A DNA stretch of 64,000 bases from Penicillus capitatus (lineage: Eukaryota; Plantae; Chlorophyta), in the NCBI GenBank assembly GCA_965649825.1, contig OZ287704.1:112101-176100 (forward strand), written 5' to 3'. Below are positions 52,211-62,499 of the stretch, one piece after another. Numbering within the stretch: position 1 is the first letter of the stretch; each line of letters opens with the position of its first letter. A program made the position numbers and the translations under genes. The notes beneath the pieces are model-generated. The model was not told the origin of the DNA. It made no database searches and worked only from the letters and a program-made list of their open reading frames with translations.

Positions 52211-54864
52211 TCTTAATCTCCTGCGATGATCTCACACGTTTTCTTTTTACGACTCGCGTCTGTATCTCGACCTTCATCTTCAAAACAGCGTCGGAAGGAA
52301 GTGCGATCGCGTTTAGAAATCAAGGAGACGCAAAACTTTCCCTCCCGGAGAGACTCTTTGTGCGCCTCTTGTCAACGAAAGCGACACAGAAGGAACGAAC
52401 GCAACGCTCGAGGTATGACCCAAAATGCGTCAGGCGATACTCGGAGATGGAAATGCGCGAAAGTGCTGCGACGACAATCAGAAAAAGGGAGTACATAGGC
52501 TTCGCACATCCGTCTGCCCTGCCTCTCTAGAAAATTCAATTCGATTAAGTTCGTCGCCATTCCAGTTCCGGTCTCGTTCTTCGGAGCGCCATCTACCTCA
52601 CTCTGTTCTCTAACGTTGGATGCTTAACTTCGCTTGCAGAAGAATGCTAGTTGCTCAGGGAAGGCGCGATAACCGGATCGTCTGGACATAGGACACGAAT
52701 AAAGCTAAGTCATTCCGATGGATTCGTTGCAAATGGATTCAACTCGCGACAGAGAAAACGATGAACACGGGAAGACGATGTGGAGTTGCAATTCCATCGG
52801 AACTGTCTTTGTTTGTCGTTGTCGGCGACATATCACTAGGCGGATATTGAGCAGCTCTGGGAGATTCCGAGTCACGACGCAATCGGCTCGAAGTCACTTC
52901 TTTTGGTCGAAGTATCGACGGCTCCTGGCAACCTTTGGTTACACTGTGGGTGTCTGTTGTTTCGCATCCTTAAATGATGGTTCTTTTGAGTTTCTCCCCA
53001 AAGAGCTTTGTTGCGTTAAAAGAACTGATTCTCAAAACAACTAATGTAACAACGCTTCCTCAAGGATCGTTGCTGCTAATGTACGACGTGACCAAGGGAT
53101 ATCGTGTCCAACAGAACCCGCACAACACAAGACGTTAGACGTTAGGTTCGGTCAAACTTAGCACATCAACAGGGCTCTTATCAGTCACTCTTTCCTCGCC
53201 GTTTGGTCGACACAGCCTCTACGGGTCTATTCTCATCCAGGCACGCTGCCGAGAGCTTCGTCTTTACAAGGACATCCTACGCTCGGGAGTATGCCTTTCG
53301 AACAGAGGCTTGGCACGGCAGTGTCGGCAGGCTGGCAACAGTGCGACATATAGCGAGCTGAACAACTAGTCATCCGCGGTCTCACAGCCTCATGTGTTTA
53401 GCCAGTTTCGAAACCTTTGTCGATGGTGCCCACTCGGAGTACCCGTCGTCCTTGTCCATCGGCGGAAGCGGAGACACTAACGAGATCTGTAGATTCGAGC
53501 CGTCTTCGCCGGCAGATGGCGCCAAGCTCGGTGATGCAATGCGTGCCGCAACAGTCCTAGAACAGTCAGGAAAGCGTCGAGGTTTTAGCGTTCCGTCGTC
53601 GGCACATAGCTCACACGCGTCGTAACGGGAACGGAAATCCATTGGACAAACAATTCTTGCAAACAGTCACTCTTTTAAAAAGTGTGACGTCCAGAGAGAA
53701 GTGATATCAAAGTGTAGTGTCGAGCACAATATTCTAAAAAAGGTGGAGCATGGATGAAGAGATGCCCACCCCGCCACAGTGTCTACAAAGAAAGAGTGAG
53801 GAGACAGTGAGTTTGCGATGGAATGACTTACGGTCGGCGAGCGGCGCCTCACAGTGCGGCGCGGGAGGTCTCCCTGAACGAGCACTGACACCGATTCCAG
53901 TCAGGGTGCGCGAGGAGAACGAATGCAACTGATGGTCGACTAATAGGAGGCAGTCGTGCCACTCTCGATACGGCGACGCGCTGCGCGGACATGCAGGTAA
54001 GGGGTCCGTGACATGAAAGAAGGAAAAAGGAACCCGAGAAACACACAGTCAGGGCAAAGAAACAGAAAAAACACAGCAGAACTGAAACATGCAGGTGAGC
54101 AAACAAGCAGAGCAAGAAAAAGCAAAGGTAACAACACAGAAACACAGAGGAGACAGGCAAACAAGGAAGGAAGAGAGAAAACAAGAAAGGTAAAACTGAC
54201 AAAAACAAAGAAGGGGAGACACAAGAGACACCCAGGAGAGAGAGGAGAAAGGCAAAAGGTAAGAAAAGACGATCCTGGGTGTGTGAGAGCAACGCGCTAC
54301 CGCCGTTCATCGGCAGTGTACACCCGCCTCCCCATGTGTGCGACCCCGAAAGGTGGGCAGGTCGCCAAGGCCCTACCCGCTAGTGCCGCGAGGGTTGTGC
54401 GACGCCGCTGCCTCGGGGTGGGAAGAGGCAGCACACAGCTAGCGTGTGGATACGGTCCTTAAGTCCTCTGGATGTTGAGATGGACGTGCTTCAGCTTCAT
54501 GCATGCTCCCTTGTTCATGCAACCTGTCGTCAGTCACAAATCTTGGACTCTTCGTGCGCTCAGTCGGTTTGCTGTCCGGAGTCTATTATTCAATCGGATG
54601 TCTAAACAAGAAAAGAGATGGGTAGCTGTCTCACTCTTGATTAGATGATTCGGTGATAGGTCTCTTGGCTGTGTTGAACACAGAAGTGGATTGTGGGACG
54701 ATCCTGATTGGCCAAGAGTCGATGATAGCACCGACAAAGCAGCCGACAATGATCTTCGTCTGGTGATGAACTCGAGCAAGCTTCTATGTTCTGTCTTCAT
54801 GTTCCGACTGACCACCGGCTTCGATGTTTTCAGTCCCCGTTCGTCCAAAGGAGGAATGCTTCGA

Positions 54865-55125
54865 TCTGTGGATGACCGAATTTCTGAGAGCTTGATCTTC
54901 CTGCAGCCATATCTGCTGGGACACATCTCTCCAGCAGAGAGTGGTTATCTCGTCTCTGCAGTCCTCGGTAGCCATCGGCTTCGATTCCTGTCTCCGTTCG
55001 TCCACAGGAGGATGTCTGAATCTGTAGATGACCGAATTTCTGATAGCGGCCACTTCCATCGACCATGTCTGCTGAGCCGCATCTCTCCAGCAGAGAATCC
55101 TTGTCTCATCTCTGTGAACTACTAT
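54865..55125. repeat. Imperfect tandem duplication, 156-nt period
   Basis: TCTGT(G/A)GATGACCGAATTTCTGA.AGC at 54865 and 55021; ATCTCTCCAGCAGAGA occurs in both copies. Confidence 0.75.
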
Positions 55126-55149
55126 ATCGTTTAGAAAGGAGAGTCTGTG

Positions 55150-57250
55150 TAAAGAATGGTCTAACCTTTAGATTGCATCGTTCGAACAGGCGCCTGTTGG
55201 AGCAGACACAAATCTGATAGCCAGCATCAGCTTCAGTCCAGAAGTGCTTCTACTGATGGGTCGCGTTCAAGACTGACATCTCTGTTCCGGCGGTATTGGT
55301 AGTCGGTCGGGAGAAGTCCTTCCCACTGAGACTGTAGTTCAGCGGACAATTCATTGATGCCTGGATGAGGAACCCTGACTGATTTGAGAGACGTCACTTC
55401 CCTCCAATCTATAATTACGCCTTTGTTGCTCTTCGAGAGACATCTGTCCACTGCATGGCAAAAATGGTCAAACGATCACTATGGTTTTAAGTGTGACTGA
55501 CCTAATTACGCAAGAGTTTTCTATTGGGAGATCAAGCATGGATGGACAGCTGCTGTGGATCTGTCGGCGTGTCTTGGTGATCATGTCAATGCGAAGTCCA
55601 CGATCCCAGAATGTCACACGACCAATCTCTTTTCTTCGATGATCGTGGACCCCTTGTCTTGTTTTGACAGAGAGAGATCTGGCAATCTCCTCAACGGCAT
55701 CCCTATCTTCGAAAGGACCTAGGGAATATCATCCAACCATGGGATTCCATTTGTTGACCTCACCTGTGAGGTACAGCACTGTTGTCATCGTATGCAGACT
55801 TCTTGAGATATGCTACCCTAGCACAATTGACAAGAACTGTATGCCGGCCAATAGATTGAAACTTGAGCAAGCAAGTATGGCATTTCTAGACTTGACGATA
55901 AGCTTTCTCCAGTTACAAGAGATAACTCATAAAAGGCGATCCGGTCCTCTACTGGGTGCTAAACGACTGTGCAGAAGAAACTGCGCTTGATTCCACTGGC
56001 TGCATGAATGACACTTGGTGTACGTGTGTTCGTCAGCTGGATTCCAAATGGTTTGTGTCAAGATCAGCTTCTTCATCTTAGCGTATTTCGTACAGACTGG
56101 TTGTTGTTTTGTTTTCCTAGATCGAGAATGACTCAGAGTGACTTCTCCAGATGTGCCTCCCAGATGGACTTTTATGCCAACAGCACGAAGGGTTCTGAAG
56201 AAATGTGACATCTTTGAACTGAGAAAAAGTTTTCCTGTGAAGATCACTCTTAATGACGATCCACTCCCTCTCTTACGTGCTGAATGCTCTCTTTGTTGCT
56301 GTAGAGAACGGCTTGTTCACCTTCGTAGATCCTTCTTTGTATCAGCTGGATTCTGAAGGTCTCGTGAAGTCGAGTGCTTCTTGGTACATCTGGAACGAAC
56401 TGACTTTGTTTAGGTCTCCTGCGAGGGAAAGGATGATCCATGCAGGCTTCTCTGCACGTGCTTTCCAGGATCTTTCGAACAAAGCTTTCATTCCAGACAA
56501 GATAACGGATTCTGGACACATGTGTCTTCTTAGAGCCAGTAAAGCCGTCTCCAGCCTCACGGAAGGGTGACAGATTCAGTTTGTCTGGGAGATCGCAAGT
56601 TGTGGTCGGGTGTCTTGTTGTTATGTGCCGATGTGTCTCCGATGCTCCCTTGACTGAATCCGCTTTGACATGTTCTTTCTTCGTCTCTTGCAGGCACACT
56701 CACTGACTGGATCTTTCCTCCAGACGTTTTCTGCATGGACTGGATCACGATGTGTTCTGAAAACATAACAGATCTTACTGTAAAGGATTTGACAAATGGC
56801 AGTCTATGTCGGTCATCTGGCAGCAAAAGGTGCTCCAACACAGTGTCTGTGCTCGAACAACCATATCTCGTCGTTGCCATCAGAACACGAGCCTCTTTAC
56901 TCTTTTCTTCTTCAACATGTGGTGTGCTTTACTCCATGCATTCCCTGATGTCCAGACTCGCGTAAAACACTGAAGAATGATTCAATAGCTTCCGATCCAG
57001 TGTGCAAACTGGTTGCTTATCATGAGCACTCTAAAACGACAGAAAAGTCAGGAATCTAGGCAACTAACAGGAGTGACTTACTTTCTTTATCTCAACTCAC
57101 TCAACGATTCAAATAACACTTCCTCGATGCAGCAGTTGTGATGTGACCACATGGGTCTTGTATGACAACAGGTAATAACTGGAACGGAACATTTGGTTGA
57201 AAGGTAGGATTTCTTGAAGAGCATGTGCAAAGTGACGTGTATCATTCACC
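55150..57250 (-). pseudogene. Decayed multi-exon coding sequence of unknown family
   Basis: Candidate 48-51 nt introns (GTAAGT, GTAAGA, GTGAGT, GTCAGT donors) link frames such as ...LDRKLLNHSSVFYASLDIRECME*STPHV... and ...VRLETALLALRRHMCPESVILSGMKALFERSW.... Many premature stops. Confidence 0.5.
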
Positions 57251-57270
57251 CACTCAGTAAAACAGTAAAT

Positions 57271-57780
57271 AGGACGAAGACAGCCTCAAAGTGCGAGACA
57301 GCAGATATGGCCGTGACAGCTCCATGCAGCAAATGACTGCAAATCAGACAATAACACTCAGCCTCCATCAACGGCAGACGACAAGTAGGACGAAGACAGC
57401 CTCAAAGTACAACAGCAAAATGGACCGTGAGAGCCTTGATGCATCATAAAACGGAAAAGCAGCAGGTAAGACCACAAAGCCTCCAGCCAAGGCAGACAGC
57501 AAACAGAATGATGACAGTCTCAAAGTGCGGCATAGCAAACAGGACCGCAGCAGCCTCCGTGCATCAAAAACAGCAAAACGGCAAGTCAGACGAGAACAGC
57601 CTCCATTCACAGTAAGACAACAAAAAGAACCCTGATAGCCTCCACTCAGCAAGACAGGAAATAGGACAGCAACAGCCTCCACTTGCAAGACCGCGAACAC
57701 GACCGTGAGAGCTCCATGCAGCAGGACAGCAGATTAGACAATAACAGCCTCCATCCACAGACAAACAGCAGACAAACCCA
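57271..57780. repeat. Degenerate tandem repeat of about 117 nt (about 4 copies)
   Basis: AGGACGAAGACAGCCTCAAAGT at 57271 and 57387, with a variant at 57505; recurring ACAGCCTCC and GACCGTGAGAGC. Confidence 0.7.
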
Positions 57781-57986
57781 CTAAAGTCTCTACATCCGAA
57801 ATCGGCAAAAACAAGCCAACCACTACAAAGCGAAGGTGGAATGGCAGAAAAACAGAAAAGAAAACAGACCCTTGAATCTCTTTGTTTTTTTATTTTTTGT
57901 CACACATTTGAAAGTGTGACGTCATTTTTTATTTTTTTTATTTTTTTTACACAGAAAAGTGTGAAAAGTGAGAAAATTGAAAATTT

Positions 57987-59370
57987 TTATTTTTTTTTAA
58001 TTTTTGACAGCACCCCCAAAAAACAGCTTCCAAAAACCGGAAAAAGAGGCCCGTGAGCTAATCCCGGATAAAAACCTACACAAAAGGAAACAATAGAAGA
58101 GGAGAGAATGAGAAGAGAAAGTCTTACGCATTGCCCAGAGAGAAAGAAGAGACGTTCCGGGATGGCAGCTGAACCCACGGGGACACACTCTCCGGAAAGA
58201 AAAAAGGGACGGGGAGGAATGCCAAGATGGCCAACGGAGAATATGAAGGGGCGAGGAGGGATCACGGGAGGATGGGTGAAGGAAAAGAGAGAGGTGCGTG
58301 GCGGGAAGGCAGGTGGATTAAAGGGGAGGGAAAAAAGAAAAGGACGGGGCGGAATTAGAGGTGGAGGCGTTGCGGGGATGCAGTAGACTTGTGGGCGAGG
58401 AGGGAACAAAGGAGGAAGCTGGATGTTCTGCACGGAGGGAGGCAAGAGAGTGGGCTGGAGAGGTGGAGATGGGGTCCACTGCATTGAGGCCGGAGGCTCG
58501 GACGGCTCGGAGGCCGGAAACACCGTCGGCTGCAATGCCGGAGGCTCGGACGGCTCGGAGGCCGGAAACACCGTCGGCTGCGGGGCCGGAGGATCGGACG
58601 GGATGGCTGCCGGATGCTCAAACGGCACAGAGGCCGGAGGCACTGTCGGCTGCGGCAACGTGCAGGGCGTTGGGGCGTGCGGCTGCGAGGTCGGGGGCGG
58701 GTTGCTCGGAGTTGGCTGTGCATGTGCCTGCAGACACACCTCCTGTCAAGAGACCGTGGCAAACGAGATCTCACCTCCCCGCCACCGATATCCATGGCAG
58801 ACTGGCCTCTGGCTAATCGTTCTCTCCTCTGTTCGGAGGAGAGAACCCTCGCACGACGTCCGCCGCGAGGCTGTTCGGTCTGGGCTCGTGGAGGCCCAAA
58901 CCGAGCAGGAGGGGCCTGCTGCTGTTGCAGCTCACGGCCCCTCTGAGCAGTTGTCTGGGCCTTCATGGCCCAGAACAACTCCTCACGCTCTGCCGTATCT
59001 AAGTTACGGAAGGCCCTGGGTGGTCTGTTACCCAGGACCTCCGGCAACGTGACCTGGGAAAACCTAGATCACACAAGAAAGAGTCAGTAAAGCTGGCAGC
59101 ATAGTTCGTTGCCAGAAACAGTCAGTCAGAAGGAGCAGAGAAGAAAAAGCAGGAAAGAGATGCGTTGGCGAAAACAGGACAACGGCTGTGGTCTCAAGGG
59201 CGCGTAATCGTGAACGAATAGGTATGAGCTTTTCGACTGCATTCGCACGGAAAACGTTCATGTGGCAGACGGAGATCTCAGAGGCGCGCGGCGCGTCAAA
59301 GCATGGCTGCAACTCACGGTTTTCCTGGATAACCATAGTCATCCTCCGTGGTCATGTGAGAGTCTGCCAT
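57987..59370 (-). CDS. Proline-rich hypothetical protein (three exons)
   Basis: ATG 59370 MADSHMTTEDDYGYPGKP; GTGAGT intron 59317-59064; a 47-nt GTGAGA intron after IGGGE joins in frame to the Pro-rich ORF (QPTVFPASEPSEPP twice; several (I/F)PPRP motifs). Confidence 0.55.
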
Positions 59371-59443
59371 CTTCTTCGTTGGTGGAGCACGCAGCAACAA
59401 AGAACTCGGAAACTCGAGTGCGCGTGCTGGCTGCGACAGGACC

Positions 59444-59449
59444 TTTATA
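59444..59449 (-). promoter_or_regulatory. TATA box candidate for the Pro-rich gene
   Basis: CTATAAAG on the minus strand, about 75 nt upstream of ATG 59370, in a GC-rich context. Confidence 0.4.
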
Positions 59450-60429
59450 GGCCGCCTCGGTTGCTGCCCCGCGGCTGGCGAACGGAGGGTACGAACTGTG
59501 GCCGTTCGGCGGCGCGTGCATGCGCCGCCGGACAAAGGAATGGCCACCGGAGGGCCAGAAACGTAGAATGCTGTCGCCGGGACGCGCGATGCGAACGAGA
59601 GAGCGTTTTCGAAAGCTCCTGAGAGTTTTTTACAGGTGAGATTGTCCACAGTCTGTCGGAATGCAGTTCTCTAAGTGTAACTCACGATGCTTTTTACGCG
59701 GCCGTTCTTATGCGAATCTCCGAACGGCGAACCGCTCGAGTCCTCTGAACATTGCCTGGGCAGAGAGATGAGGCAGGTGTTCCCTGTGACATAAGCGGAA
59801 AGAACTCTTCGTCGAGGCGGCCGTCAGTTTCACGCGCTTCTGTCGCGAACGCCGTGGAGATTGCGTTTTCGACGGTGTAACGTGTGTCGGTTTCGGGAGT
59901 TGTCTGTGGTCCTAACTCCCTCGAACGTGGAAGGCAGAACAGAACGGCCGACCTTCACCGCTACGCTTCTCCTGGCGAACGACGACGCCGTGTGCACGGC
60001 ATCGGTTTCTCAATGGATCAACACACGTCGTCGTCGTTGATGATGCAGAAGGTCTTCGAGGATGTATAGGTCAATGGCAACGCGCACGAACCAGAAAGCG
60101 ATGGCCTTCGCAGAGCATCCGAAAAGTCACAGCAGTTCTCGGTGTCCGGTATTGAATGGAACGGCAGTGTGCCATGGGATGGAGATGTTTATCTATGCGC
60201 TTCGCGAATGCGAGTCGGCAGCGTCCGCCGCATGAGTCTCATTGCAAAAAAGAGAGGATGCTTAAACTGAATCCAAACAGAGAGCGACTCTTGCGTCTCT
60301 CTTTTCTGAGTAAGACGTACTAACAAGATGTTTCCGAACATCGAAAGCCAAAAATTGCTCGGATCTCATCTTGAATGAAATGAACATAGGCTGTGCGTAA
60401 GGACCAATTGCCCGTGCGGCTGGACCGCA

Positions 60430-61089
60430 CTAGAAGACAAAGTTTGCAGCCGGCGGCGGATAGACATCTGCAACTCCGTCCGTCGCAACGATGCCGGTGA
60501 CTTCGATGTCCAAAACGGCGCCTTTGGTCAATGCTTGCATGTGATACGTTGGCGTGATCTCGCTGCCACTTTTGGGAATCGTTCCAACCAGACCACCATC
60601 TTCGTAGATCGCAATGTCATTCGTATTGGCAACAATCGTCACGGCATGCGGACCAGTGCCCTTGAGAATTTTGCTGGGACCGACTGTGTTGAATCTGCCT
60701 GTCCAGTAGACCCAGTTCGCCGACTTGCCGTTGTTTGTGGTGCGAAGAATGGCCTGAGACATGACGGTGAACTTGGTCTCCGATGTTTTGTCTGTCTCTT
60801 TCACGTTGATATGGAACGACGTCGCCGCTCCGACTCGCGACGTGGGAGCCAACGACACTCTCGTCCATACATTGCTGCCTTCCAAACCGGGAGTCGTATA
60901 GGTGATGCACGACTCGCACGAACAAGGTCCGACGACTGCGGCGAGATTTGAGCCCTGTGAGATCTGAAACGGCCTGTGGCATTGACTGTCGTTAAAAGAC
61001 GAGATGGTGCGGGCGGGGACTTACAGACGACAATCTTTGGCCTGCGCAGCCACGGCAAGGAAAGCAAGCACAATGAGGAATGTCTTCAT
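60430..61089 (-). CDS. Small secreted beta-strand-rich protein (about 200 aa), possibly lectin/ConA-LamG-like
   Basis: Signal peptide MKTFLIVLAFLAVAAQA. A 51-nt GTAAGT...CAG intron (61024-60974) joins in frame to the 60430-60885 ORF. Segment HAVTIVANTNDIAIYEDGGLVG resembles LamG-like strands. Confidence 0.7.
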
Positions 61090-61283
61090 GTTAAGCACAA
61101 ATCGAGAGATGCGCTGTCAAAGAGTGCTCAAAGCGCGGCGACAATGATGACTTCAGACGCCTGAGCGACAAATGGCGAAAAACCGCGGAAGACTTGCGCA
61201 AAGATAATCCGCTCGTCAAGACAACGTGAATGCGGTTGGAGGTATTTGTAGGCGAATGCCGCCCAGAATATCCTGGTAGATGC

Positions 61284-61376
61284 GCAAATTGTGGGCGGAA
61301 AGGCAAACCGTCTGGTAGGCGGAATGCAAATTGTGGGCGGAAAGGCAAACCGTCTGGCGGGCGGAATGCAAAATGT
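61284..61376. repeat. 42-nt tandem repeat (2 copies plus a partial) upstream of the secreted-protein gene
   Basis: GCAAATTGTGGGCGGAAAGGCAAACCGTCTGG(TA/CG)GGCGGAAT at 61284-61325 and 61326-61367. Confidence 0.85.
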
Positions 61377-62499
61377 TTTGTGCACGAAGGGATTTTTTGG
61401 GTTTATTTTCCGCTGAGGTGATGCTTCTTCTTATTTTTCTTCGAGTTGTACATAACAAATGCGTAAAGCATCGAGATCTTCAGCAAAGATCCGCCAACAG
61501 CAAACCCTAATAGGGAAGAGAGGCCATCGGGGCAAGACGCGCTAAACTCTCCGTGCTGTCGCACACTTAGAAGAAACGTTCGCTAAAACCATCGCTTTTC
61601 ATCAAATACGGCATCGATCGTCCTTGGTCTCAGTCTAGTCATACTCATACTATCGACACCAAAAAATCCTCGAGATCACGGATGATGCTGACAGACGGAC
61701 ATTTGCCCGAGTCTCAAGCCCTCAGGAGATGGATCTTATCTCATGGCAGCACTTGCAAACCGCTCTGTCAAACTCCTCACCACTGGGAACCGAGCTTCGT
61801 TGATATGTCAAAGCCTAGATCTGTTCTCTGCCGGACTGCTGAGACCTGGAAGCTCAGATACGAGGCTGGATAAGAATCGACAAAAAAGCGATCGATCGAA
61901 TAGGTTTTATGGACCGTTACCACCGCCCCACTGTGTTCCACAAGTGAAGCACACTCCCTCCTCAGTCTCACTTTCGAATACTCATAACGTTAGGTGCCGA
62001 AGTCTTTGCAATGCAACTTGCATTCGGTGCAAAATATCTGTCAGCACTGGTCACTCGTTCCTTCATGGCGACTGTTTGACATGCATTTTCTTCATCTGGT
62101 CGGATGTGCAGCAACAGGACATCGAGTGCTTTTGCACAGCAGTGGTAGGAGAACGCAGGCAGAAGATGAGGATGAAGAGCAGGCGTCTGTCTCCCTTCCT
62201 GCGTTTCCAGATCTGCGAATATGGCTGAGGGTTGCATGAAGAAGACATGACAGCAACCGTTTTCGTTTGGTTTCGTCCAACGGTTAGAGCGGTATTGTGC
62301 TGTGCGTCGTGACCGGAACTTACCGTCTCGTGTCGAGGAGATTGCGCCAGGCGAAGTGTGTATGAGCCTGGCATCGAGCCGCTTCAAAATCTGTCAAATA
62401 TCTGCGTTTCTCTCTTTATCCTCCAAAAGCTTCCATCGCCCGTTTCACACTTTGGGCATCCGCAGCGTCTGTCCAGACGTGTGACGCAGTAGCCAGGCA

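Noticed and set aside
55700-56250. Endogenous negative-strand RNA virus polymerase (LTGEVNKWNP resembles motif A, KVHLGG resembles premotif F)
   Set aside because: The catalytic Asp is absent, the spacing is about 135 aa (longer than usual), no motif B or SDD follows, and the region carries spliceosomal-type introns. The match is probably chance.
56670-56699. CLQETK resembling a LINE APE endonuclease motif
   Set aside because: It falls inside a predicted GTGAGT...CAG intron, and no other APE or RT motifs are nearby.
47500-57250. Fanzor/TnpB nuclease, reverse transcriptase, integrase or tyrosine recombinase in the island
   Set aside because: No RuvC (DxNAAxN), YxDD, DDE or RHRY motif set could be read in the frames I translated; a profile search is still warranted.
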